A stretch of DNA of 64,000 nt from an uncultured Lachnospiraceae bacterium (GTDB taxonomy: Bacteria; Bacillota; Clostridia; Lachnospirales; Lachnospiraceae). Shown in pieces: positions 51,599 to 61,844 of this stretch (positions are counted from its first letter, which is position 1; each line of letters begins with the position of its first letter). The notes below the pieces were generated by a model that was given only the letters and a program-made list of their open reading frames with translations, ran no database searches and was not told the origin of the DNA. Both the position numbers and the translations under genes were made by a program. The stretch is taken from assembly GCA_910578405.1 (NCBI GenBank), contig CAJTQO010000009.1, forward strand, positions 15,857 to 79,856, given 5' to 3'.

Positions 51599-51679
51599 CC
51601 AATGCCTCCATTCCTGCCTGCCCATGCCAGAACCATAAAAACATTGCAGGCTCAATCCTTAATCGGACCGTCCTTCCTG

Positions 51680-53947
51680 TCATCCCTTCTTTACCGTATA
51701 TCTGCGTGTCCGTTCGTCTGCAATTACGCCGTCAAAATCCATCCCGAAGCCAAAATCATAAGTATGCCCTTCCCCGTCCTGATAGCACTCCATATCAAAA
51801 GCCACATCTTCCTTCTGGTTTTCCACCGTTTCCATATTGGCCGGCATCTGTAACGGCAGCAGGCCCTGCGGTTTCGCTTTTCCGGTTATAATGTCCAACA
51901 CTGCCTGAGGGCATACGCCATATTCCACCAAAAGCGCATCGCTGCACGGCTCCAGCTCCGCCATCACCATGGGATTTTTCAGGGCGACTACTGTAATGAC
52001 AGGCTTGCCGCCCATCCGCGCCTTCATTTCCTCCACCAAATCCAAATCCCGCTCATTGGCCGCCGTATTCCATTTGCCCCGGTAACTGCGGTCTGTAAAA
52101 TCCTCCAGCGGATCTCCCCCTGCCAGGCTGTGTTCCCTTGCCGCCACTGCCTGGTAAGGACGGTACTGCAGCGTAATTGGCACATACCCGTTTCCGCCCG
52201 CCTTGCGGTCTTGTGGCTCATATCCTACCGAAATGGGCGATTCCACAAAACACAGCGCTGCATCGGCCTCCTCTGGCGTATCCACCACCTGGAAATATTC
52301 CGCCGCCGCTTTCTTCCCGGCAGGCGTCACCTCCTTATCTCCGGTAGGCATACTCATAAAATTCAGATAGGACTTTATATGCCTGTCCGGTATGTAAACT
52401 TTAATCCCCTCCTGCAGCGGAAGCGCATGGCCTTTGTTTTTTAAAAGGGTCACGGATTTTAACTGGGACTCATATCCCTTTTCCTTAAACGCCTGGCAGC
52501 CCACCGTCTGCAAGGATTTCTCCAAATCCAGATAAGGGTTTTCAAACAGCCCGGTGCGGAAAATATTCAGCAACAGACGGTAAGCGGACTGGCGGAATCT
52601 GGCGTCCGCCGCTTCTTTTCCATACTTTTCACAGTACATCCCATAAGCTTCCATTACAGGGGCTACCGCATTGTTGCCGCCAAACTGGTCCACTCCGGCC
52701 TCTAACGCCTTGAAATGCCGCTGCGCCTCCGTCAGCCCTTCCACGCCCCAGCATTTCCCGGCAAACGTTTCCTCCGCTTCCCCAATATCATGCGTGATGC
52801 CCCAGTCCGTGCATACCACACCCTCATATCCTAATTCCTCCCGCAGCAAATCCCGGATTAGGCTCTGGCTAAACGAATTCCCCACATTTTCCCCGTTTTT
52901 CTTATCTATCCCATAGGAAATGGTGTAATAGGGCATCACTGCGCCCGCTTTCCCGGTCTTTCCATCCAGGGAAAATGCGCCTTGCGTAAAGGGTTTTAAA
53001 TGTTCTTTAAAATTCCCTCCCGGATAAACCGCATATTTCCCGTAAGCATAATGAGCGTCCCTCCCGGCCTCACACATACCGCCGCCCGGAAAATGCTTTA
53101 CCATTGTATTCACGCTGTCCTTCCCCCAGCCGTCGCCGCTTTCTTGCGTCGTCTGGAAACCGTCGCAGTACGCCTTTGCCATATCTATCGTCATCTGCGT
53201 ATGTTCTCCAAAAGTATCCGCAAACCGCATCCACCGCGGTTCCGTCGCCAAGTCGATTTGTGGGGAAAGCGCGGTGGTAATCCCCAGGGCGCGGTATTCC
53301 GCCGAAGCCATTTCCCCAAATTCCTTCACTAACGAAGGATCAAACGTGGCGGACAGCCCGATGCCGTTTGCCCATTTGGAAATATCCTCCCCGGTTACGC
53401 CCATATACTCCGCCGTTGAGCCTGCTCCATGCCTTGGGTCTGAACTGTTGTTTGCCGGAATGCCGAAACCGGAATTTTCCGCCAGGGCCTGCAGTTTATT
53501 GTTCCACCGCACCGCCGTCTCCGTACTCTCTAACCCCATAACCAGCACATGGCGCACTTTATCCTTTACCGTAAATTCTTTCTGCTGGTCTGTCAGCTCC
53601 CAAGGCTCCACGCCGCTTTCCTCATAGCTCTTCCCGCCGTAAGTCCCGCCAAACACCGCCGCCCTTGGCCCCTTGGCCGGAATCAATTGGTGGGCGCTGT
53701 ACAGCATCAGCCCGGCAATATCCTCTATGGATATCCGCCCGGCCAAATCCTTTGCCCGTTCTTCATAGGAAAGCCTCCAGTCCTCATAAGGCGCCAATTC
53801 CCCGGAGCCCAGGAAATCCTTAAACGCATAGCCATCCACCGTCAGGATTTCCACTTTGCTGCCAGTGGCAACGCCAAGCGTCGGCCCGTCCCCGTTTTCC
53901 ACCAGGAAATATCCGTCCTTCTCTTCCTTTTTCCATTTCTGTCCCAT
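51680..53947 (-). CDS. GH3 glycoside hydrolase
   Basis: SSDPRH, PQIDLATEPRW, VKHFPG, MPYY, CTDW nucleophile motif, LLKN. Confidence 0.92.
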   Translation of the reverse strand: MGQKWKKEEKDGYFLVENGDGPTLGVATGSKVEILTVDGYAFKDFLGSGELAPYEDWRLSYEERAKDLAGRISIEDIAGLMLYSAHQLIPAKGPRAAVFGGTYGGKSYEESGVEPWELTDQQKEFTVKDKVRHVLVMGLESTETAVRWNNKLQALAENSGFGIPANNSSDPRHGAGSTAEYMGVTGEDISKWANGIGLSATFDPSLVKEFGEMASAEYRALGITTALSPQIDLATEPRWMRFADTFGEHTQMTIDMAKAYCDGFQTTQESGDGWGKDSVNTMVKHFPGGGMCEAGRDAHYAYGKYAVYPGGNFKEHLKPFTQGAFSLDGKTGKAGAVMPYYTISYGIDKKNGENVGNSFSQSLIRDLLREELGYEGVVCTDWGITHDIGEAEETFAGKCWGVEGLTEAQRHFKALEAGVDQFGGNNAVAPVMEAYGMYCEKYGKEAADARFRQSAYRLLLNIFRTGLFENPYLDLEKSLQTVGCQAFKEKGYESQLKSVTLLKNKGHALPLQEGIKVYIPDRHIKSYLNFMSMPTGDKEVTPAGKKAAAEYFQVVDTPEEADAALCFVESPISVGYEPQDRKAGGNGYVPITLQYRPYQAVAAREHSLAGGDPLEDFTDRSYRGKWNTAANERDLDLVEEMKARMGGKPVITVVALKNPMVMAELEPCSDALLVEYGVCPQAVLDIITGKAKPQGLLPLQMPANMETVENQKEDVAFDMECYQDGEGHTYDFGFGMDFDGVIADERTRRYTVKKG

Positions 53948-54011
53948 ATGTTTTCCTGCCCCTTTCTCTTTGCTTTACGTCTGTTTTTCCGCTTTTTCCT
54001 TTCCGCTTCTC

Positions 54012-55631
54012 TTACTTATGCTCCAGCTCGTAAACCACCATTGCCAGCCTGCGGCTGTCCGGCGCCCAGGAATTGACATTCAGGGAACCCTGCCCGCCGA
54101 AAAATTCCAACACTTTGCGCCTGTTTCCTCCATCGCTGTCCATCCTCCAAAGCTCCACCTGCATATTGGGCAAATGCTCCTCGCTCTCAAGCCCTGTGCC
54201 GCTGTAAGAAATGTAAACCACTTTTTCCCCATCCGGCGATACATGAGGGAACCAGTTGTTCCTGTCATCGTCCGTCATCTGCACCGGACCGGAGCCGTCA
54301 GCCCCCATCCGGAAAACCTGCATCCTCCCGGTACGCGTACTGTTAAACCAAATAGATTTCCCGTCCGGGGCATATTCCGGGCCGTCATTAAAACCAGCCC
54401 CTGCCGTCAGCCGCTTCTCCCCGCCGCCCAAAACAGAGATGGTGTAAATATCCACTTCCTGCCCTTTCCCGTAATCCCGGAATGCGCAGTAAGCCAGTTC
54501 TTTGCCGTCCGGCGACCATCCATGGACAAAGCTTGGGCTTTTGTCCGTCACACAGCGCGGACTGCCTCCCTCTGCCGGTAAAATATAGGCTTTGGACTGC
54601 CAGCCCTCCTCGGAATGGCTCACCACAATCTCCTTTTGGTCCGGGGACAGTACGTGGTCATTGTTGCAGTTGTTGCACGCCCCGCTGTCTATCACCCGTT
54701 CCTGCCCGGTGGCTATGTCAAAACGGTAAATCAGCCCTTCCGAATTGAAAACCAGGCTGCCGCCGTCCTTTGTCCAGTTAGGCGCTTCCACCACTTTGTC
54801 ATACTTATGCAGCTCCTCCAATTCCCCTGTCTCAACATCCAGAATGCACAGCCTGCTTTTCGTCCGTTCCCGATGCCCCGTCAGCCCGGAAAGCTTCTTC
54901 CCCGCTTCCCTTAAATCCCGCAGGAAGTCTTGGCTGCTATCCTGGTCGATGAACTGGGGTATTTCCATTGCCCTTGCAAACTGGAAGCAAGCCGCCATAT
55001 CCAGCGCGCCCTGTCCGACGGGCGCCTCTGCATATCCGCCTTCCTCCAGCTTCATATCTTTATAATGAAGGGAACGGATGCGCCCTTTATTGCGCCACAA
55101 AAAAGCTTCCGGGTCTTCCCCTCCATACAGGAGCCATCCCACATCCGCCTGCGCGCCCACTTCCTCTGCGCAGCTTTCCAAGAATTGTTCATAAGCGCTT
55201 TTCCCTGCCATTTTCCGGCAGCTTACTTCCATCCCATTATGGGCCAGAAGCTGCGCCCCAAAGCCGGAAAGCTGACGCGCCAGCTCTCTACAGTCTTCCA
55301 ACTGTTTTGCCTGGTATGCCCCGTCTATCGGTTCCGGACAGGATATGACATATTGGCGGATTCCATATTTCCCTGTCAGCGCTTTCAGCCGGGGCGCCCA
55401 TCCGTCCAACGCCCCGGACAGGATATGGCAGGAAACCACCGATAATCCGTATGCCTGCATCACAGGCATATACTCTTCCAACTCCTCCACCGTCCACACC
55501 CCTGCGGACGGCTCTTGTCCCAGGCACGGCTCAATCCACCGATAACCCATCCCGGCTGCCTCGGCCCAAAAGGCTTCTTTTTTCTCTTTCAAAGCCCGGC
55601 CTGCGCCATACATTTGTATTCCGAACTTCAT
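54012..55631 (-). CDS. Fusion of a sugar-phosphate isomerase/epimerase TIM barrel and a TolB-like (PD40) beta-propeller
   Basis: N-half AHN, DVGW, LHYKD, VGQG, DQD; C-half EAPNW, NNDHVLSPD, HGWSPDG, DGPEYAPDG, FPHVSPDG, NSWAPD. Confidence 0.82.
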   Translation of the reverse strand: MKFGIQMYGAGRALKEKKEAFWAEAAGMGYRWIEPCLGQEPSAGVWTVEELEEYMPVMQAYGLSVVSCHILSGALDGWAPRLKALTGKYGIRQYVISCPEPIDGAYQAKQLEDCRELARQLSGFGAQLLAHNGMEVSCRKMAGKSAYEQFLESCAEEVGAQADVGWLLYGGEDPEAFLWRNKGRIRSLHYKDMKLEEGGYAEAPVGQGALDMAACFQFARAMEIPQFIDQDSSQDFLRDLREAGKKLSGLTGHRERTKSRLCILDVETGELEELHKYDKVVEAPNWTKDGGSLVFNSEGLIYRFDIATGQERVIDSGACNNCNNDHVLSPDQKEIVVSHSEEGWQSKAYILPAEGGSPRCVTDKSPSFVHGWSPDGKELAYCAFRDYGKGQEVDIYTISVLGGGEKRLTAGAGFNDGPEYAPDGKSIWFNSTRTGRMQVFRMGADGSGPVQMTDDDRNNWFPHVSPDGEKVVYISYSGTGLESEEHLPNMQVELWRMDSDGGNRRKVLEFFGGQGSLNVNSWAPDSRRLAMVVYELEHK

Positions 55632-56060
55632 AAACGCTCCTTTCTTTCGCTCCCAAGGCGCCCGATTGCCCGACCGCTTTTCTTTGTCCCTGCCTGTATC
55701 CTAACTGTTGGCCGCATCGTATGAAACGCCTGCTTTGCCTAACTTCACCTTCCATTTAACCTTGTTTTATCATACCATTTATTTCCCCTAAATTCAAGCG
55801 CCATGCCTCCTTTTTACAACATTTTGAGGTATTCTATTCTATGATTACTGCCATTTTACCTTTTGTCTGCAGACATACAACAATCCCTTGCCTGCCCACC
55901 CATAGCCATGCTAAAATAAACCAAGGCAAAACACAGTGCAATGCAATAATGCAAATATAAAAAAATATAAGAAAAAACAGGAAAGGAACATGGCCCCGGC
56001 CCAAAAAGAATCCCCAGATACCGCAGGAAAGGGATTCGCCCATGGCCTGGCCGCCAGAGC

Positions 56061-56327
56061 GTGGCTAATATGACAGAACTGACTTCCATGATGAATATCG
56101 GGAAAGAAATGGCAAGAAAACTTTCCTCTGTGGGCATTGATTCCAAAGAAAAATTGATGCAAACGGGTTCCAAGCAGGCATTTCTGAAACTAAAGGGCAT
56201 CTATCCCCAAGTTTGCCTGGTGCATTTATATGCCTTAGAAGGCGCCGTCCAAAATGTGGATTTCAATGCCCTGACAAAAGATAAGAAAAAAGAACTGAAA
56301 GAATTCAGCGACTTTTTAAAAACATAA
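56061..56327 (+). CDS. TfoX/Sxy C-terminal domain protein
   Basis: NIGKEMARKL..VGI...GS..AF...LYALEGA. Confidence 0.85.
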   Translation: MANMTELTSMMNIGKEMARKLSSVGIDSKEKLMQTGSKQAFLKLKGIYPQVCLVHLYALEGAVQNVDFNALTKDKKKELKEFSDFLKT

Positions 56328-56392
56328 TCATCAAATTCCGCAGGCTGCGGGCATCCTGGCGTCTGCCCGCCCTGTCCTTTGCTTTCATCACG

Positions 56393-56956
56393 CTACGTCC
56401 CCTGCTTTGCCAAAACCAACTTCCGCAACGCCGGCACTCCCTGCATAATGCCAAGCGCCGCCAAGTCTACCGCCATCACGGCAACGACAAGCGTCCCGTT
56501 AAGCAGGGCGGAATATACCCACGGATTCACCATCGGCATCCCGAAAAACGTTTCCGGCATATACATATACCAGAGCAGTCCGCCGGAAAGCGTCAGCGAA
56601 ACCCAGCGTCCGAAAGAGCCTAATACCGTCCCCCATAGCCATCCCCACTTCTTTCCCGCTCCAAACCCGCACAAAAATACAAGCGTATAGGCCAGCACAT
56701 AGTCCAACAGCATGGACTGCCATGAGATGGCAATGCCTCCCCCCAGGAAATATTGCAGTATCCCATTGACCAGGCAGCACATCAGGGCATACTTTGGCCC
56801 CCAGCGCAGGCAGTAAACCAGGATTGGCGCTAACGCCAAGTCGATGGAGCCGCCAAACGGGAAGCGGAATATCCGAAAATACCCCAATACCGTCGCAGCA
56901 GCAATCAGAATGGCCCCCTCCGTCAAAGCACGGATTTTCATTGTTTTTTTTGTCAT
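56393..56956 (-). CDS. thiT: ECF thiamine transporter S component
   Basis: PFGGSI, LLDY, HPWVYS-like NPWVYS..NG; directly downstream of a TPP riboswitch. Confidence 0.88.
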   Translation of the reverse strand: MTKKTMKIRALTEGAILIAAATVLGYFRIFRFPFGGSIDLALAPILVYCLRWGPKYALMCCLVNGILQYFLGGGIAISWQSMLLDYVLAYTLVFLCGFGAGKKWGWLWGTVLGSFGRWVSLTLSGGLLWYMYMPETFFGMPMVNPWVYSALLNGTLVVAVMAVDLAALGIMQGVPALRKLVLAKQGT

Positions 56957-57151
56957 AGCCGTTTCCTCCGTTTTTATATTTGTTGAAACCGGGCAGGGGG
57001 AATGGCCCACTCCCCTGCTCGCCGCGCCGGACTCCCGCAAACAAAGATTCGCGCCAACCTTCTTCCTTACGGGTATCCGTATGCATAAAATACCGCGGTG
57101 CAAACAGGCGCAACGCGGTACGGAAAAAACGACAAGTATTCTATTTGCCGA

Positions 57152-57256
57152 ATATTCTTCCTACGCCGGCATTACCCGGATCAGGTTCAAGGGACCGGAA
57201 GCGACATTACGCCTCTGCATCTCAGCCGGACTTGTGTCCAGCGCCCCTGCTATTCT
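57152..57256 (-). ncRNA. TPP riboswitch
   Basis: GGGGCGC...GGCTGAGA...CCCTTGAACCTGATCCGGGTAATGCCGGCGTAGGAAG. Confidence 0.95.
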
Positions 57257-57530
57257 GTTACACAGCGGTTTCTTTATATATACTATATCTCCCGGCTTTT
57301 TGCAAGCTATTTTTGCCCTTACGAAAACTTATCCGCTGCCAATGTCATTTGCTTTCGCTTCTCACAATGGCGCCAAGCATAGGCCCCAGTCCAGACCATG
57401 GAAAGACGCCGGCTCTTAGGCGCCGTATTGGGGCGGCTTAGCGCCGTTTCGTCTGTCGTGAGCGAAAGCGTGTCTGGACGGGGCTATGGTTGCGCCATTT
57501 GGGAAACTTATACGCATGACATTGCCGCAG

Positions 57531-58268
57531 CTACAGTCTGTTATGTATATATTTCTCCCGGAACTTCTTTGGCGTGTCCCCGGTATACTGGCGAAACATC
57601 CTGGTAAAATAACTTTGGGAAGAGAAAGCAAACGCCGCACTGACCATGGCACAGGAGCAGTCGGTATCCAACAGCATATGCTTCGCCGCCTTAAGCTTGC
57701 ATTCCATCATATAATCGGTCACTGTCTTTCCCGTCTCCCTGCGAAACAAGGAAGACAGGTAATCCGGGTTTTTACCCACCTGTCCGGCTATATCCGCGAC
57801 ACGGACCGGACGGTTTAAGTTCCGGTTGATATAATCTATGCATTGCATTACGGTCTTAGAATAAATCTTTTCTTTTTTTAATTTCCCCATATAATCCGTA
57901 AAATACTCCACGGCCTCTTCATGAAGCCTGCGCACTTCCTCAATCGTCCTGCACTTGTCCATCTGCTGGATATAATAATCGCTGGAAGTATACGCCGTTT
58001 CGCTGTTCATCCCCCCGGTAATTGCAAACCGGATGACCAAAGTCATGGACGCCACAAACAGGTATTTCATATTGATTAACGGTTCATCCGACAAATGTCC
58101 CTGTTTCCCGGCGCAAAAATTCCGTCTGGCCTCTTCCACCGCCCGGAAATCCCCATCCTGGACATACCGGTACATACGCATCTCCTCTTCATAATCCCTG
58201 TGCCGGAAATTATTTTCCCGGTTCATATATTCCAGATAAGAAATCTGCCCCGTTACTTTCCTCTTCAT
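57531..58268 (-). CDS. AraC family transcriptional regulator
   Basis: YLSSLFRRETG, FSSQSYFTRMFRQYTGDTP; divergent from the GH3 gene. Confidence 0.92.
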   Translation of the reverse strand: MKRKVTGQISYLEYMNRENNFRHRDYEEEMRMYRYVQDGDFRAVEEARRNFCAGKQGHLSDEPLINMKYLFVASMTLVIRFAITGGMNSETAYTSSDYYIQQMDKCRTIEEVRRLHEEAVEYFTDYMGKLKKEKIYSKTVMQCIDYINRNLNRPVRVADIAGQVGKNPDYLSSLFRRETGKTVTDYMMECKLKAAKHMLLDTDCSCAMVSAAFAFSSQSYFTRMFRQYTGDTPKKFREKYIHNRL

Positions 58269-58449
58269 CCAAATCACCTGTTTCTTCCTAACTTTCTTCC
58301 TAATAAAATGAAATGTAAATCCACCTCGGTATTTTACCATTTTCCAAGGAATTTTAATAGATTATTCTTTCCTTTTATCATAAGCTTTTTCATAAGAAAG
58401 GCACAGACTGCCTTAAAAACACAAAAAATACAAAGAGAGGAAAAAACTT

Positions 58450-60978
58450 ATGAGCAGAAAATTAAAAGAAACCACCCTGTCCGGCATTGCCTCACAGGAT
58501 GTGCAGCCTTATGAGCTTGCGCATCGCAAAACAGCAAAAACAGCAGCGCAGGAAGGTTTTGTCCTTCTGAAAAACGAAAATGGCGCACTGCCCGTTGCAA
58601 AGGGCTCCAAACTGGCGCTCTACGGCGCAGGCGCCTCCAACCCCATCAAAGGCGGCACAGGCTCCGGCGATGTAAATGAGCGTGAGGTGGTCAGCATTTA
58701 CGATGGCCTGGCACAGGCAGGCTATGTTATTACCACCGAAAACTGGATTGAAAATTTCCGCAAACAATATGAGCAGTCCCGTCTGGACTGGCGGCAGAAA
58801 ATCTGGGATGACATTGACCGCGCCAATGGCGATTCCATCGCATTATTCCATGCCTATGCTTCCAACCAGTATACTTTGCCGGCCGGCGACCTTCCGGAAA
58901 AAACAGATGCGGAAACGGCCGTTTATGTAATCAGCCGTATTGCCGGGGAAGCGGCCGACCGCTACGCGCAAGGCAGCGATTATTACCTGAACGAAAAAGA
59001 AGAGGAAATCCTAAAAACCATCTGCGGCCTTTACAAAAACGTAATTGTACTTATCAATTCAGGAGGCATTATCGACCTTTCCTTCCTGGATTCCTATGAG
59101 AACATTTCCGGCGTAGTATTGATTTCCCAGCCCGGCATGGAAACCGGAACTGCCGTGGCTTCCATTTTTACCGGGGAAGTGACCCCAAGCGGGAAACTGA
59201 CCGATACTTGGGCATACAACTACGAGGATTACCCCAACTCCAAAACCTTTTCTCATAATAACGGAAATGTAAATACGGAAAAATATGAAGAGGGCATTTA
59301 TGTGGGATATCGGTATTTCGATACTTTCCAGGTTCCGGTCCGTTATCCCTTTGGTTATGGGCTGTCCTATACCGACTTCTCCCTTTCCGTAAAAGATATC
59401 TGCAAAGTAAACGACTCTGCCTTTTGCGTCACTGCCGTCGTGACCAACACAGGCAATGTCTACAGCGGCAGGGAAGTGGTGCAGGTCTATGTCTCTTGCC
59501 CGCAGGAACTTATGGAAAAAGAATACCGCCGTCTGGCAGGCTTTGCCAAAACCAAACTTCTGGCGCCGGGCGAATCGGAAGAACTGACCATCGAAATCCC
59601 GCTCTACGCCCTGGCGTCCTTCTGCGTCAAAACGCCGGGATGGGTGTTGGAAAAAGGCGCCTACGGCCTGTTTGTAGGCAACAGCATCGCCTCCTCCACA
59701 CTGGCTGGCGTCCTGAACCTGGACGACCATGCCCTGTTAGTAAAAACAGAGCATATCTGCCCGCTCCGGGAAGAGCTGCAGGAACTGTCCGCTCCAAAAG
59801 CCGCCGTTTCTGCGCTGAGGGACGCTTGGCTTGCCGATGCAGCGAAAAAACCTTCCCTTACGTTCCACTCCTCCGCTCTCCAGACTAAGACCATTGCCTA
59901 CGGCAAGGAAAAGGACTCTATCCCCGCCGAGGTATGGCAGTTTGTGGAAACGTTAAGCACAGACCAGCTTATCCAGTTGGCGACCGGGGATCCGGGCAAA
60001 AGCCAGAATGCCGATGACGGCCAGAAAGACAGCGCCCTTGGTTCCGCCGGGATATCCGTACCGGGCTCTGCCGCCCAAACAAGCAGTTGCGCCCTGAAAG
60101 ACAAGAACCTGGCTCCTATTGTCCTTGCCGACGGCCCGGCCGGACTGCGGCTGCTCCAAAGCTATCCGGTCGTGGACGGGGAAGCGCAGCCGGTTCCTTT
60201 TGAAATGAGCATTGAGCATGGCTTCTTAGCAAGGAACGTGGATTTTGGCCAGGCAGAGCTTTATTACCAATATTGCACGGCATTCCCCATCGGCTCCCTG
60301 CTGGCGCAGTCCTGGGACCGGGAACTGCTCCAGACCGTAGGCAAAGCAGTGGCGGAAGAAATGAACCGTTTCTATGTCACCCTCTGGCTGGCGCCCGGCA
60401 TGAACATCCACCGCAATCCGCTGTGCGGACGGAATTTCGAATATTATTCCGAAGACCCGCTTTTGGCAGGGAAAATGGCGGCTGCCATGACGGACGGCGT
60501 ACAGTCAGTATATGGCTGCGGAACCACCATCAAACACTTTGCGTGCAACAACCAGGAAGACAACCGTATGGGTTCCGATTCCGTCCTTTCCGAACGGACT
60601 TTAAGGGAAATCTACTTAAAAGGATTTGAAATTGCGGTAAAAGAAAGCCAGCCTATGTCCATTATGACCAGCTACAACCTGGTAAACGGCATCCATGCAG
60701 CCAACAACCATGACTTGTGTACCAAGGCGGCCCGTGACGAATGGGGCTTTGGCGGTGTCTTTATGACTGACTGGACCACTACGCAAAATGGGCCGGACTG
60801 CACCGCATCCGGATGTATGCAGGCCGGAAATGACCTGGTAATGCCCGGTGTGCCGCAAGACCATGCGAATATCCGCGCTGCCCTGGAAGACGGAAGCCTT
60901 TCCATGGAACAACTGAAACTACGGATTGCGCACCTGGTGGAGACTGTATGGAAATCCAACCGGTATGAGGCAAAATAA
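58450..60978 (+). CDS. GH3 beta-glucosidase/xylosidase with permuted domain order (GH3_C, Fn3, GH3_N)
   Basis: VLLKN, GGTGSG, YEEGIYVGYRYF and EVVQVY come first; DGPAG, APGMNIHRNP, KHFA and MTDW are C-terminal. Confidence 0.93.
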   Translation: MSRKLKETTLSGIASQDVQPYELAHRKTAKTAAQEGFVLLKNENGALPVAKGSKLALYGAGASNPIKGGTGSGDVNEREVVSIYDGLAQAGYVITTENWIENFRKQYEQSRLDWRQKIWDDIDRANGDSIALFHAYASNQYTLPAGDLPEKTDAETAVYVISRIAGEAADRYAQGSDYYLNEKEEEILKTICGLYKNVIVLINSGGIIDLSFLDSYENISGVVLISQPGMETGTAVASIFTGEVTPSGKLTDTWAYNYEDYPNSKTFSHNNGNVNTEKYEEGIYVGYRYFDTFQVPVRYPFGYGLSYTDFSLSVKDICKVNDSAFCVTAVVTNTGNVYSGREVVQVYVSCPQELMEKEYRRLAGFAKTKLLAPGESEELTIEIPLYALASFCVKTPGWVLEKGAYGLFVGNSIASSTLAGVLNLDDHALLVKTEHICPLREELQELSAPKAAVSALRDAWLADAAKKPSLTFHSSALQTKTIAYGKEKDSIPAEVWQFVETLSTDQLIQLATGDPGKSQNADDGQKDSALGSAGISVPGSAAQTSSCALKDKNLAPIVLADGPAGLRLLQSYPVVDGEAQPVPFEMSIEHGFLARNVDFGQAELYYQYCTAFPIGSLLAQSWDRELLQTVGKAVAEEMNRFYVTLWLAPGMNIHRNPLCGRNFEYYSEDPLLAGKMAAAMTDGVQSVYGCGTTIKHFACNNQEDNRMGSDSVLSERTLREIYLKGFEIAVKESQPMSIMTSYNLVNGIHAANNHDLCTKAARDEWGFGGVFMTDWTTTQNGPDCTASGCMQAGNDLVMPGVPQDHANIRAALEDGSLSMEQLKLRIAHLVETVWKSNRYEAK

Positions 60979-61011
60979 ACGCCTGCCTTCTCTATTGAGA
61001 AAGCTGTGCGC

Positions 61012-61061
61012 AAAAAAGAGGGACAGCCGGCAAACGATGCGTTTCCCGGCTGTCCCTTTTT
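61012..61061 (+). terminator. Intrinsic terminator after the GH3 gene
   Basis: AGGGACAGCCGG/CCGGCTGTCCCT stem with a T-tract. Confidence 0.8.
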
Positions 61062-61107
61062 GTATATTGGACTTTTGTATATTGGACGTTTGCATCTTGG
61101 ACGTTTG
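61059..61107 (+). repeat. 15-bp tandem repeat, about 3.3 copies
   Basis: TTTGTATATTGGACT, TTTGTATATTGGACG, TTTGCATCTTGGACG, TTTG. Confidence 0.85.
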
Positions 61108-61218
61108 AAACAATCGCAAACTAAACCCACAAATAAAGAAAATCCTATCTTCAACTGGAAAACCATACATCCATATGGTATAATTGTTTCCATAAAAATT
61201 TATGACCGGAGGTAACAT

Positions 61219-61671
61219 ATGCCAGACACACACAAAAAAGGGCTGAACGCCGATTTGGTTTCCAACGACCTGGAACATTGCTGCCGCGGAATCGGCTTAT
61301 GCGACCAATGCCAGGGGGATGCATGTATTATCGGCTATGCGAAACAATGCATTGCCGGCTATCGGCAAAAGCCAAAAAAAGAAGTGCCGGAAGGCGCAGA
61401 GCATGTACCGACTATGGATTTTAAGACATTTGATGAGGTAGAACTGGAAACCGCCATTGCGCATATCCTGAGGGAATGCAAAGACTGCAAAGCAGACCAT
61501 ACGGAAAACTGTATCATCAATGTTATACGCAACTGTTATGAGGTTGGGTTACTGGGAGATACGCTCCCCTTTAAAGGAAGCGCCCTGCAGTATCTCATAT
61601 ACTTAAACGAATATTACCCGGAAAAATCGGCGCATATAGCCGCCCTTTACAAGGAGATGGGACAACAGTAA
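61219..61671 (+). CDS. Cys-rich hypothetical protein with a duplicated metal-binding motif
   Basis: GGAGG RBS; CDQC...CIIGYAKQC and CKDC...CIINVIRNC; TG-TATAAT upstream. Confidence 0.82.
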   Translation: MPDTHKKGLNADLVSNDLEHCCRGIGLCDQCQGDACIIGYAKQCIAGYRQKPKKEVPEGAEHVPTMDFKTFDEVELETAIAHILRECKDCKADHTENCIINVIRNCYEVGLLGDTLPFKGSALQYLIYLNEYYPEKSAHIAALYKEMGQQ

Positions 61672-61844
61672 CATAACACTGCCCTTGTCCGATACCCTTC
61701 CAAATATAAAATGAACTGCCAGGCAAGCTGACACGGATTAAGCAACGCCAAAATGCGCGTTTCGCCCATAAGAAGCATTCGTATGCCGGCCTGATTAGAG
61801 TATAAATCCGGGCAGTATGCCTGGCAGTCAGGAAACGGAGATTT

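Noticed and set aside
55760..56060. Possible c-di-GMP riboswitch (GGCAAA) upstream of the TfoX gene
   Set aside because: The required paired stems and second conserved motif are not evident.
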